A stretch of 45,259 nucleotides of DNA from contig JAAFKI010000067.1 in the NCBI GenBank assembly GCA_021399345.1, positions 1 to 45,259 of the forward strand. Reading direction: 5' to 3'. The translations under genes and the position numbers were made by a program. Shown here one piece after another: positions 18,765-28,499 of the stretch. How positions within the stretch are numbered: the first letter of the stretch is position 1; each line of letters opens with the position of its first letter. The stretch comes from Candidatus Heimdallarchaeota archaeon. GTDB lineage: Archaea; Asgardarchaeota; Heimdallarchaeia; Heimdallarchaeales; Heimdallarchaeaceae. Under the pieces are notes generated by a model. It ran no database searches and was not told the origin of the DNA. It saw only the letters and a program-made list of their open reading frames with translations.

Positions 18765-19289
18765 TTGCCGTTAAAAGAGATTGAGTGCCACGATTGTGGA
18801 ACCAAAATAAAGAAAAGAGTAGGGGAAGCGATAAATTTATCTGAAAATCCTAAGGATGTCAAAGATGTCATCGAAGGTAAGGTAAATTTTTCATATTGTC
18901 CAAAATGCAAAACAAAAATAGAGCATAAGACACATGTCTTACTAACATATATGGATCCACCTAGATGGATATGGTTAGTATCTAGAAAACATCAAGATCC
19001 TCAGTATAAAGAAGAATTTTTCACTTCAGTTTTACCTCCTGGTTCAACTCAATTCATTGAACAAGAGATGATTTTTGTTGAGTTTGGAGAACCTTGTGAG
19101 TGCTTGAAGTATGTTCTAGATGATAAACAACCTCAATCCAGTGAGGATTGGTTAAATCTTGGTAAACTTCATACGGGAGAAGAAGCTATAAATTGTTATA
19201 AAAATGCTCTAAAGATGAATAAAGGTTTATCAGAAGCTAAAACATTGATGAATGCTGAAGTGACTAAACTAAAGAGTTACTCCTTGTGA
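18765..19289 (+). CDS. CpXC zinc-binding domain protein with C-terminal TPR-like repeat
   Basis: ECHDCG...INLSENP...CPKCK...LLTYMDP; C-term WLNLG...EAINCYKNALKMN. Confidence 0.75.
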   Translation: MPLKEIECHDCGTKIKKRVGEAINLSENPKDVKDVIEGKVNFSYCPKCKTKIEHKTHVLLTYMDPPRWIWLVSRKHQDPQYKEEFFTSVLPPGSTQFIEQEMIFVEFGEPCECLKYVLDDKQPQSSEDWLNLGKLHTGEEAINCYKNALKMNKGLSEAKTLMNAEVTKLKSYSL

Positions 19290-19298
19290 AAATTGATG

Positions 19299-19685
19299 TT
19301 AAAGTAAATCTTCTATAGATTCATCATTTGCTTGTTTTTCTCTTAATTGAGACAAGACATCTACAGCTCTTCTCATTTCAGGAATAACTATAGATCCTCC
19401 AACAATAAGAGATACCGCTAATGTTTCCGCTATTTCATCATCGCTGCATCCTTCTTGAACGGATCTGATTATATGATAGCGAATACAATCCTCGCATCTC
19501 AGTACTAATGAAGTTGAAAGCCCTAATAATTCCTTAAATTTGGTAGACAAAGCACCATCTAAGTATGCTCCTGTATCTAAAGCGTAAAATCTTTTAATTT
19601 GTTTATTCTGTAAAGCAAAGATTTTTTCATTCATCTCTTCTCTATGTTTCCTAAAATTCTCAAATTCATTCACTGTTATTACCAT
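19299..19685 (-). CDS. Carboxymuconolactone decarboxylase / AhpD-like protein
   Basis: GALSTKFKELLGL...LRCEDCIRYH...VGGSIVIP. The start is probably 19685 or 19673 rather than 19724. Confidence 0.9.
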   Translation of the reverse strand: MVITVNEFENFRKHREEMNEKIFALQNKQIKRFYALDTGAYLDGALSTKFKELLGLSTSLVLRCEDCIRYHIIRSVQEGCSDDEIAETLAVSLIVGGSIVIPEMRRAVDVLSQLREKQANDESIEDLL

Positions 19686-19801
19686 ATTCAAATTCATTAA
19701 GAAAAATATAGTCTTTGCTGTCAACCGAAACTAAACCAACAATTAATAAAGCTAATAAATCATTAACACTTATCTCAAAGTTGCAGACAAGGTTGAATCA
19801 A

Positions 19802-20701
19802 ATGCCTACTCCAAAGAGCCTTAAAGATTTGAAACTCAGCTTAGTTGGTGCGCATACCGAATCACTCAACCAAGCTCTGGAAAAAAGAGGGTATAACACT
19901 AATTTATTACCAACAACTCATTTTCCCAAGAAAAAACAGATCAAGGATTCAGATATTATTCTAGGAGCATATTTTCAATCTGCATGGCCTTGGTTTGTAA
20001 TTGGAAAACTTTGTAGAAAAAAAACAATATGTCACTGGGTTGGGTCTGATTCAGTTCTTTCTGTTCAAAATTGGAAAAGAAAACTACAAACAAAAATATT
20101 CTCAAAATTAGTCGACTCACATATTTCAGTATCGACAAGAATAAAGGAAGAACTCGATAAAATAGGAATAGAAAGTACTGTCCTCTTTCATGGTTCAGAT
20201 ATAGAAACAGAAGATATTCCTATGCCGAAGAAACTGGGTGTTTTGGTTTATTTTATAGCAGGAAGAGAAAAACTCTATGGTGTTGATAGGGTAATCAAAA
20301 TTTCAAAAGAAGTTCAAGATGTTGATTTTTATTTTGTTGGTCACTTTGATTCTGCAGACTATAAGGAAAAATACAATCAAAACAATCTTCATTTTCTAGG
20401 ATACATCAATATTAGTGAGATTTGGTCAAAGATTAGCGTTATTGTTCGCATGACTGAACATGATGGTTTTCCTAAAATTATAGTAGAAGCTTATTCTAAG
20501 GGGAGGTATGTAATTCACAATTATCCCTTGCCTGGAGTAATTTTATCTGAAACAAATGAAGAAGTTATCAGTGAATTAAAAAAATTACAAACAACAAAAA
20601 CAGCAAATTTGAAAGGAATTGAGTTATTTAACGAACAATTTCGATATGATAAGTTTCTAGAGAAATTTGAGGAAATTTGTTTGAGTCTTTTTAATAAATG
20701 A
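19802..20701 (+). CDS. Glycosyltransferase (GT-B, GT4-like)
   Basis: ICHWVGSD, HDGFPKIIVEAYSKG. ATG 19802 avoids overlap with the divergent gene. Confidence 0.78.
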   Translation: MPTPKSLKDLKLSLVGAHTESLNQALEKRGYNTNLLPTTHFPKKKQIKDSDIILGAYFQSAWPWFVIGKLCRKKTICHWVGSDSVLSVQNWKRKLQTKIFSKLVDSHISVSTRIKEELDKIGIESTVLFHGSDIETEDIPMPKKLGVLVYFIAGREKLYGVDRVIKISKEVQDVDFYFVGHFDSADYKEKYNQNNLHFLGYINISEIWSKISVIVRMTEHDGFPKIIVEAYSKGRYVIHNYPLPGVILSETNEEVISELKKLQTTKTANLKGIELFNEQFRYDKFLEKFEEICLSLFNK

Positions 20702-20762
20702 GCAATATGATTTCTAAATCAGTCAGATAAAATTATTAAAGGATATAACTTATACTTTTCTG

Positions 20763-21650
20763 ATGAGAATATTAATCACAGGTTCAAGTGGTTTTCTTGG
20801 AGTCAACTTAGTTAAACATATTCAAACAGAAAGGCCAGATTGGGAAATTTTTGGATTTGATCTTAAATCAAACAAAAACACCAATTACAATTATGAAGCT
20901 TTGAATTTCAATTCAAATGTTGACTGGAAAAAAAAACTAAGAGCAATTGAACCAGATATGATATTCCATTTAGTAGGCTTATTTCGAGGTACTAAAGAAG
21001 AAATGTATTCTACCAATGTTTCTTCTTTTCAAAGTTTTATTGAGGGATTTCGTGATTCAGAATTAGAGAGTAAAATATTGGTTTTAGGTTCATCTGCTCA
21101 GTATGGCGCTGATAGTTCTATTACTAAACCGTTAAAGGAAAATCAACAAACCCAACCTTTGAGCTATTATGGTGAAACAAAGGATAACCAAGAAAAAATC
21201 GCTTTAAGTTTCCACGAGAAATATGGTATTGATGTATTGTGTACTAGACCAGGTTCTCTTGTTGGCAAGGGTGTATCAACTCATTTATTATCTGGATTTC
21301 TTACAGAGAGATTTAAGCAAAATGAGAAAACTATCAAAGTTGAAATTTCTAATTCCTTAGATGTTAGGGACTACATTGATGTTAGAGATACCTGTTCTGC
21401 GCTATTGCTTCTACAGGAAATGATTGGCATAACTGGTGATGTTTTTAATATCTCCGCCAATCAACTTCTCTCAAATTTAGAATTGATAAAAGTCTATGAG
21501 AAGATTTCAGAAAAACGGGCTCTCGTAACTTATTCACAACCTGATAAAACCCCCACTAAAATTTGGTTAGATAATTCAAAATTAGCTAAATGTTGCAGTT
21601 TTCAACCTAAATTTTCGATAGAAGATTCTGTGAGATGGAATTTAAGCTGA
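20763..21650 (+). CDS. NAD-dependent epimerase/dehydratase (extended SDR)
   Basis: ITGSSGFLG, SSAQYG, YGETK and RDYIDVRD motifs. Confidence 0.9.
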   Translation: MRILITGSSGFLGVNLVKHIQTERPDWEIFGFDLKSNKNTNYNYEALNFNSNVDWKKKLRAIEPDMIFHLVGLFRGTKEEMYSTNVSSFQSFIEGFRDSELESKILVLGSSAQYGADSSITKPLKENQQTQPLSYYGETKDNQEKIALSFHEKYGIDVLCTRPGSLVGKGVSTHLLSGFLTERFKQNEKTIKVEISNSLDVRDYIDVRDTCSALLLLQEMIGITGDVFNISANQLLSNLELIKVYEKISEKRALVTYSQPDKTPTKIWLDNSKLAKCCSFQPKFSIEDSVRWNLS

Positions 21651-21703
21651 ATTATGAAGGTGTTTCAAAACTTTAAAAAACAACCAAAGCAATTTCAATT
21701 ACG

Positions 21704-23098
21704 ATGAGTCAATCCTCTAACGTTTTAATAGTTGGTGCTGGAAAAGCTGGATTATTACTTTTGACTGAATTGAATCAACCAAAATATAAGAATTATCAAG
21801 TTGTGGGTTTTATTGATGATGATCCTGAAAAACTAAGTACAAAAATTGAAACTTTATTTGTTTTAGGAAACACCGAGCAAATTCCTGAAATCGTTGAAAA
21901 ATTTGAAATTGGATTGTCAATTATAGCAATTCCATCAGCTACAGGAAAAACCATTACTAGAATTGTTGACATAATTCATCAAACATCATCTAGTTTCATG
22001 ATAGTTCCTCCAATATTCCAGAATTTGAAGATAAATACTATTTCTGCACCAAGAAGAATAAGCGTTAGAGATCTGATTCGAGCCCCTATTGAAAATGTTC
22101 TTACAGAAGCATCAATGAAAGAGATTGAGAATTATACTATATTGATAACAGGCGCAGCAGGATCAATTGGGTCAGAGATTTGCATTCAATTAGCTGGATG
22201 CTTTCCAAAGCAAATCATTGGTTTTGATGTAGCTGAAACACCTCTTTTTGAATTGGCAAATCAGATGAACCAGAATCATAAGAAGATTACTTTTATCCCA
22301 GCTCTTGCCAATATTAGAGATGAGAAAAGATTAAGCAAAATTATCAGAAAATATAAGCCAGACATCATCTACCATTGTGCAGCTTTCAAACATGTTGGCA
22401 TGATGGAGCAATTCCCTCACGAATGTGTCAAAAATAACATTCAGGGCTCAATCAACCTAATCAAGATAGCTTTAGAAGAAAAAATAGAAAGGCTTGTGTT
22501 TGTATCAACTGATAAGGCTGTAAATCCAATTAATGTTATGGGGATTTCCAAAAGAATCATTGAGAAATATGTTCTTGCTCAAAATTCTAATGATACTAAA
22601 TTTATGATAGTAAGATTTGGTAATGTTCTAGAGAGCAGCGGTAGTGCAATTCCGATATTCAAAAAACAAATTGAAAATGGTGGTCCTGTACTTCTAACAG
22701 ATGAAAGAATGGAAAGATTCTTCATGACTATTACTGAAGCAGCTCAGCTAGTAGTTCAAGCTTCCATACTTGGTAAAGGTGGAGAATTATTTGTTTTAGA
22801 TATGGGTGAGCCCTACAAAATGCTAGACATTATTCATAAATTATTCCAAATTTATGATTACGACAAAGATGATATCAAAATTGAAAACATTGGAATTCGT
22901 CCTGGTGAAAAACTTACAGAGGAACTCTTTCATGATTTTGAAGAACCTGAATTATCTCAACATAACCGAATTTATATCTGCAATATCGATAATGATGAAA
23001 TATCTGAAGATTTCTTGAAGGAAATTGATAAGTTCGTCGAAGAAGTAGATCAAATGACTAAAGAAGAAATATCTGCAAAAATGCTAGATTTTGTTTAG
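21704..23098 (+). CDS. CapD/PglF-like nucleotide-sugar 4,6-dehydratase lacking N-terminal TMs
   Basis: IVGAGKAG, GFIDDD, TGAAGSIGSE, AAFKHV, STDKAVNP, VRFGNVL and RPGEKL motifs. Confidence 0.92.
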   Translation: MSQSSNVLIVGAGKAGLLLLTELNQPKYKNYQVVGFIDDDPEKLSTKIETLFVLGNTEQIPEIVEKFEIGLSIIAIPSATGKTITRIVDIIHQTSSSFMIVPPIFQNLKINTISAPRRISVRDLIRAPIENVLTEASMKEIENYTILITGAAGSIGSEICIQLAGCFPKQIIGFDVAETPLFELANQMNQNHKKITFIPALANIRDEKRLSKIIRKYKPDIIYHCAAFKHVGMMEQFPHECVKNNIQGSINLIKIALEEKIERLVFVSTDKAVNPINVMGISKRIIEKYVLAQNSNDTKFMIVRFGNVLESSGSAIPIFKKQIENGGPVLLTDERMERFFMTITEAAQLVVQASILGKGGELFVLDMGEPYKMLDIIHKLFQIYDYDKDDIKIENIGIRPGEKLTEELFHDFEEPELSQHNRIYICNIDNDEISEDFLKEIDKFVEEVDQMTKEEISAKMLDFV

Positions 23099-23168
23099 GA
23101 TGGCCAAATATTAGTTTTGTTTGATGAATAAGATTAAAAATAACTTTGAGATAAGATTTTTGTTAAAA

Positions 23169-23948
23169 ATGGAAATAGATTGGAAAGATGAAATTCTGTA
23201 CAAAGACCTTGTGATGTGGGGCCCAAGGTTAAAACGTGAAGCTCCCTTCTTTCAAGAGATTCTCCAAAATATACAGAAAAAAGATATTAGAATTCTAGAC
23301 GTATCATGTGGGACTGGTGACCATTTAGTTATGTTTGCCAAATGGGGGTTTTCAGGAATAGGAATTGATATCTCAGAGCAGAATATAGAACAAGCGAGAA
23401 TAGTAGCTCAAAGAAACAATTGTACTGACAAAGTAGATTTCATACTCGGTGATATTCTTGATTTAGAGAGTAACATAGCTAATGAGAAATTCGATTTCAT
23501 TTTTTGTATTGGTAACACTCTATCCATTTTTAATGAAACAGAGCGTAGAAACATCATAAATCAAATGATCAATCTACTTAGTGATAAGGGAATTATACTT
23601 ATTCAGGTAGTAAATTATTTGTCGCATAGAGACGAGGAACATTGGTTCTATAATCCAAGTTTAAAGCGAGATCCCAATGGAGCACTACTCTTTCATGTAA
23701 GAATGATGGAATGGAAAAATAAATACGATAAAATAACAATGTATGTTCAAAAAATCTATCAGAGTGATTATGAATCGGAAGAATTCGATTTACATAAGAA
23801 AAGAACTGAATTCTTTGTCATATCAGAAAAAGATTTCAGAGAATTTACTTCTGGTGAAATAAACTCAAACATTTTTGGAGATTATCAAAAGAACAATTTT
23901 AAGGAAAAAGAGAGTAATGATCTAGTTGTCATTTTACAAAAAGATTAG
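23169..23948 (+). CDS. Class I SAM-dependent methyltransferase
   Basis: ILDVSCGTG, GIDIS and FDFIFCIGNTL motifs. ATG 23169 is the likely start (track: 23121). Confidence 0.9.
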   Translation: MEIDWKDEILYKDLVMWGPRLKREAPFFQEILQNIQKKDIRILDVSCGTGDHLVMFAKWGFSGIGIDISEQNIEQARIVAQRNNCTDKVDFILGDILDLESNIANEKFDFIFCIGNTLSIFNETERRNIINQMINLLSDKGIILIQVVNYLSHRDEEHWFYNPSLKRDPNGALLFHVRMMEWKNKYDKITMYVQKIYQSDYESEEFDLHKKRTEFFVISEKDFREFTSGEINSNIFGDYQKNNFKEKESNDLVVILQKD

Positions 23949-23949
23949 C

Positions 23950-24738
23950 TTAATCGTATGGATCAATTACTTCATCAGGAAGAATCACTTTCTTTCCTAT
24001 GGCACTGAAAATCGGTAGTGCTATGACTTTGAGTTTTTCTTCAATTATTTTCTTCTCTTCTTCAACTTTAGCTTTGAATTCTTCTTCAGAAACTAAACCT
24101 GCCTCATACACATTTTGCCATTCATGCTCGATGCATCCTTCTAATTCCTCATGAGCCCATATTCTTGTATTAATGTGAATTGAGGTTTCCAAACCCCCAG
24201 ACGAGAATATCGACAGAAGTCTTCTTCCTACATTAGGATTTCCACCTTGCTTCTCCAAAGCTTTCAAATGGTTTTTACCCAACCCTAAATCAGGATTTTC
24301 AATCCATCCCAAATAATCTGGTTCAGCTAAGGCAACAATATATCCTCCGTCTTTAACTACTCTTTTCAGTTCCATTAGCACACCAAATGGCTTAGGTTTC
24401 CAGAGGAAATAATAATGACAAAATACTATATCAAAAGAATCATCTCTCATAGAAAGCTTATCAGCTACTTCTCGATAGAATTCAATACCTTTAATTTTCT
24501 CTGAAGCATTTGCTATATTAATATGATCAGAGTCTATTGCTGTAATTTGAGCCTCTGTTTCTTTGCGCAATTCTTGACTTATTATGCCTTGTCTGCACCC
24601 AACTTCGAGAACTCTTCTAGCATTTTTAAGACCTACTTTCTCATATATTTTCTTCCTAAACTCCTTTGTTTTGTCAATCTCTCTTAGGAATTCTTTATAA
24701 TAATGAAGGGGATGTTCTAGATTAAATCCTTTACTCAG
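23950..24738 (-). CDS. Class I SAM-dependent methyltransferase, probable CTG start
   Basis: The frame stays open upstream of the track's TTG 24570 and holds motif I (RVLEVGCRQG). An in-frame TGA sits at 24745-24747, and GGTGA lies 6 nt before CTG 24738. Confidence 0.85.
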   Translation of the reverse strand: MSKGFNLEHPLHYYKEFLREIDKTKEFRKKIYEKVGLKNARRVLEVGCRQGIISQELRKETEAQITAIDSDHINIANASEKIKGIEFYREVADKLSMRDDSFDIVFCHYYFLWKPKPFGVLMELKRVVKDGGYIVALAEPDYLGWIENPDLGLGKNHLKALEKQGGNPNVGRRLLSIFSSGGLETSIHINTRIWAHEELEGCIEHEWQNVYEAGLVSEEEFKAKVEEEKKIIEEKLKVIALPIFSAIGKKVILPDEVIDPYD

Positions 24739-24864
24739 TTTTATTCACCCATAATTTCTACCAAAAGATTACTAGGGAAATAAATAAGGTTTTACATCAA
24801 ACTATATTTATGATTTTGATTAAACACAATTTATTTATTAATAATGGAATTAAGAAATAATTAG

Positions 24865-25227
24865 GTGATTAGACTGAAACTGAAACATTTTAGTGAAGCC
24901 GAGGAATTGGAAGTAACTGATTATGGGTCTACAAAAACAACAATCAGATGGTTAGTTTCTAGAGAAAAAGAAGGAGCACCAAGATTTGCTATGAGAAGAT
25001 TTGAACTCAAACCAGAAGGTCAAATAGGAATACATAGCCATCCTCAAGAGCATGAAATTTATGTTTTAAATGGTAAAGGTGAAGTATTCACTCACTATGA
25101 AAAACATGAAGTAAAACAGGATGATGTATTATATGTTCCACCTGAAGAACCTCACGGATATAGAAACACAGGAGATGAACCTCTTGTCTTTCTATGTATT
25201 ATTCCATATTTGAATGAGAATACCTGA
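24865..25227 (+). CDS. Cupin domain protein
   Basis: GAPRFAMRRFEL...HSHPQEHEIYVL...PPEEPHGYRN. The true start may be CTG 24874. Confidence 0.92.
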   Translation: MIRLKLKHFSEAEELEVTDYGSTKTTIRWLVSREKEGAPRFAMRRFELKPEGQIGIHSHPQEHEIYVLNGKGEVFTHYEKHEVKQDDVLYVPPEEPHGYRNTGDEPLVFLCIIPYLNENT

Positions 25228-25310
25228 AAAAATCTATCGTATATTTATATTATGAGTTTTCTAGAGTTTCAAGTCATTGTTATTCAAATTCAACTGGAAG
25301 ATATTGACTC

Positions 25311-26237
25311 CTACCAATCTGTAATATCAGCTAGGCAGTTTGGACATTGCGATTTTATTTTCAACCATTTGTTTAAGTGAGATCTATGTGCATATACTCC
25401 ACAACAAGGTAAAGTAACAATTTCCTTCTTTTCCGCAATTCGTAAATCTAAATGACAAATTATGCAAATTGGTCTTGGGGAATTACATTTGTTGCAATAT
25501 TCTTCTGTAGGTTCAATGAAATCCATGCAATTATAGCATCTAAGTTTTTCAACTTTAATTGCTTTAGTTTCTAAATTAGGAGAACGTATAGCTTTTTCAA
25601 TAAGAAGAACTGTTGAAACAAGATCTATAGCGACTCTTTCATCAAGAACAAGTAACTCCACATATTCTTCTCTTATAAAGATTAATACAATACTTTTATG
25701 AACATCTAAGAACCGCTCTAAAATAATATTATCCTTGAAAATCTTTTTCCAAATATTTGGGGATTGAGTAAAAATTCTGTACAGTTCACTCATTACTGGT
25801 ATTTCTATTCCTAACAAATACCATTCAATATTGCTTTTTTTAGCTCTAATATCTATAGAATACGGTATAGATTCTCTCCAACTAGCTCGAATTCTAATAT
25901 ATTTTCCATCTTCAACTGTTAATCTTATTTTAGAAAAGGAAGAGAGTTTATGCGATTCTTCAATGTTGAAAATATATGCCGCTTCTGCATGTTTAGATCT
26001 ATCTGTGTCAACTTCTTCTACAAGTTTTCCAGATAAATCCCAATTATTTGAAAAGTAGCTAAGTGTTTCCTTCATGTTAAGGCTTTTTTTAAAGAATTTC
26101 TTTCTTACTGTATCTTTGTAATACAGTTGCTTTTTTCTATATCTGAAAGGGTAAAATAGGGCAAAAAGGACTAGAACGATTACAGCAACAACAGCAAGTA
26201 TTACTCCTAAAATGGTTTGATCTAGTTCCCGCATCAA
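25311..26237 (-). CDS. Single-TM protein with C-terminal zinc finger + RING variant (paralogue 3)
   Basis: N-term TM followed by RYRKK; CYNC-x10-CNKC-x6-CIIC...LPCCGVYAHRSHLNKWLKIKSQCPNC. Confidence 0.88.
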   Translation of the reverse strand: MMRELDQTILGVILAVVAVIVLVLFALFYPFRYRKKQLYYKDTVRKKFFKKSLNMKETLSYFSNNWDLSGKLVEEVDTDRSKHAEAAYIFNIEESHKLSSFSKIRLTVEDGKYIRIRASWRESIPYSIDIRAKKSNIEWYLLGIEIPVMSELYRIFTQSPNIWKKIFKDNIILERFLDVHKSIVLIFIREEYVELLVLDERVAIDLVSTVLLIEKAIRSPNLETKAIKVEKLRCYNCMDFIEPTEEYCNKCNSPRPICIICHLDLRIAEKKEIVTLPCCGVYAHRSHLNKWLKIKSQCPNCLADITDW

Positions 26238-26274
26238 TTATTCCCAACTTATTTCTTAAATTCAAATTTTATTA

Positions 26275-27204
26275 TCAAAGCATAAGTTTCTTTGCCCAAT
26301 GGCTAATGTCTTTGTGACAGTTTGGACATTTCTTATTCTTCTTTAACCATGTTAATATGTGATTTTTATGAGCATATATCTCACAGCATGGTAATTGGAC
26401 AACCTCTTGCTTTTCTGAAGGTTTTAGATCTTGGTAGCAAATTAAGCATCGAGGACGAGGTGCTGAACATTTATCGCATTCCTCCTCTAATGGATCAAAA
26501 GGATCCCCACAATTGTAACACATCAATTGCTCTACATCATATTCTTTCGAATCAATGAAGAGACTTTTAATATTGAAATGTAAGAACTTGATAAAATTTA
26601 GAACACTAAAAACTCCAGTTTCAGAATAGACTACAGCTTCAAAATAATCTTCTTTTAGATAGAAATATTCCAATTCATTTTGTAAGGATAAAAGATGATC
26701 TACAGATTTATTTATTGCAAGAATGTTTACCCACATTTCTCCTTTTTCAGTAGAAATAGAATATACATTAGCTAGTTGAGGAACGTGAATCTCATTTACA
26801 CCCGATGAAAAAACCTTTTGTTTATTCTTTACTTCCAGATCTGAAGGTATTATTTTAGATAAGGTTGCATAGACCTTGATGGCATTGTTCCGATGTTGAA
26901 TTATCTTAATATCTGAAAAAAGAGAGTATGAATTATCAACGGGAATTTTTATTTGTATGCCATTTAATGCTCTATCAACGTTTGAATCATCAGTTATTTT
27001 TAGGTTTCTTAGAATTCGGTTGAAATCAATCTGGGGTCTTTGTTGACGAGTATAAGAGGCTGGTTGTGGTTGTGTGTAGCTAACATACGTAGGTCTTCTA
27101 GCTCTATCTAATCTCTTTTTTCTGCGTGCTCTCCTTATGGGGATTGCAATCAAAGCTACAACTACAAGTAGAATGAAGTACAAGAAATCAGTATAATCAA
27201 CCAC
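26275..27204 (-). CDS. Single-TM protein with C-terminal zinc finger + RING variant (paralogue 2)
   Basis: N-term TM followed by RRARRKKR; CYNC-x10-CDKC-x6-CLIC...LPCCEIYAHKNHILTWLKKNKKCPNC. Confidence 0.88.
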   Translation of the reverse strand: MVDYTDFLYFILLVVVALIAIPIRRARRKKRLDRARRPTYVSYTQPQPASYTRQQRPQIDFNRILRNLKITDDSNVDRALNGIQIKIPVDNSYSLFSDIKIIQHRNNAIKVYATLSKIIPSDLEVKNKQKVFSSGVNEIHVPQLANVYSISTEKGEMWVNILAINKSVDHLLSLQNELEYFYLKEDYFEAVVYSETGVFSVLNFIKFLHFNIKSLFIDSKEYDVEQLMCYNCGDPFDPLEEECDKCSAPRPRCLICYQDLKPSEKQEVVQLPCCEIYAHKNHILTWLKKNKKCPNCHKDISHWAKKLML

Positions 27205-27252
27205 ATTGTCAACTCCTTTTTTTCTATCTATTACTTATATTTACTCCTTTTT

Positions 27253-28497
27253 TTATATTCCTATTTTGTTTATCCATCTACTTAAATCTGCATGACAATT
27301 GGGACAACTTGGTTTCTTTCTCAACCAAACAATCATATGTTCTTTGTGAGCATAGATTTTACAACAAGGAAGAATTACAACATCAGTGTCAATCTCAGGT
27401 TTCAAATCTTGAAAGCACACAATACATCTAGGTCTAGGACTTCCACATTTAGTACAAACATCTTCAAGAGGATCAAAAGGATCCTGACAGTTATAACAAA
27501 GCATTGCTTCTGCTTTGGAAACTTGAATTGAACCAGACATCTTCTCCATTGAAGGATTAAGATCTACAACCCAGTTTAAGACTTGGAGTATTGCTTTGTT
27601 TGAATATACTATTGCTTCAATATATTGACCTTTTAGAGAGAACTGTTCCAAATTTGAGCGTAAAAGTGCTAAGTTTTCCTTGAGTAATGTATCCCTGAAA
27701 AGACTCTTCCAAACATTTGGAGTCGGGGAATTTAACACAAAGGCATTAGCCAACCTAGGAATAACGAATTCATTTCTCTGAAAAGTAAAAGCACTATCTT
27801 TTCTTTGTATATCTAGTGAAAGTAGTGAATCGCTCTTCAATTTTATAACTAATCGAAGTGCCTTAAAAGAACTATAATATTCTATTTTTAATCGTGTAAA
27901 TACCTCATAGAACTTATGATTACTCGGTACATTATATGTAACACTTTGTTCAAGTTTTTCTATTATATCCTCTGAAGTGAAACCAGGAAGTTGAATAAGA
28001 GAATCAAAATCAAGTTTGGTCTCTTGTTTGGTCTTTAGCTGTCTCTTGGAAGCTTCTTTAACAATATCGTCTTCAATAACTTGATTTTTATCTAGTTTAT
28101 TTCTGAAGAATTTTACGAAATAAATGAAGAAAATTGTTGTAGGAATAATAACAGCGAAGACATAAACAAAGAGAGCGGTTATATCTATGAAAGTAAGATT
28201 ATACCAAGCTGCAGTTAACCCGAAACAATAAGTTGCCTGAAGCAATAATACTCCTATTACCTCATAAAAACTGTTTTCGATATTAATTTCCCTCTTATAG
28301 AACCATAATTTAAATCCTTTAGATACCCATGCAACTAATACTATAATAGCAACTGTTAGTGGAATAATGAAGAGCATTACAAAACTAGGAAGATTACCAT
28401 TTTTTGTAACATCATATCCTTCTAGTAGTAAGAGGCTAATTAGCGATAAACAATAAGCAATAACTAGGAATTTGACTATTGGGAATTTTCTTGACAT
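27253..28497 (-). CDS. Four-TM protein with C-terminal zinc finger + RING variant (paralogue 1)
   Basis: Four hydrophobic helices; CYNC-x10-CTKC-x6-CIVC...LPCCKIYAHKEHMIVWLRKKPSCPNC. Confidence 0.88.
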   Translation of the reverse strand: MSRKFPIVKFLVIAYCLSLISLLLLEGYDVTKNGNLPSFVMLFIIPLTVAIIVLVAWVSKGFKLWFYKREINIENSFYEVIGVLLLQATYCFGLTAAWYNLTFIDITALFVYVFAVIIPTTIFFIYFVKFFRNKLDKNQVIEDDIVKEASKRQLKTKQETKLDFDSLIQLPGFTSEDIIEKLEQSVTYNVPSNHKFYEVFTRLKIEYYSSFKALRLVIKLKSDSLLSLDIQRKDSAFTFQRNEFVIPRLANAFVLNSPTPNVWKSLFRDTLLKENLALLRSNLEQFSLKGQYIEAIVYSNKAILQVLNWVVDLNPSMEKMSGSIQVSKAEAMLCYNCQDPFDPLEDVCTKCGSPRPRCIVCFQDLKPEIDTDVVILPCCKIYAHKEHMIVWLRKKPSCPNCHADLSRWINKIGI

Positions 28498-28499
28498 AT

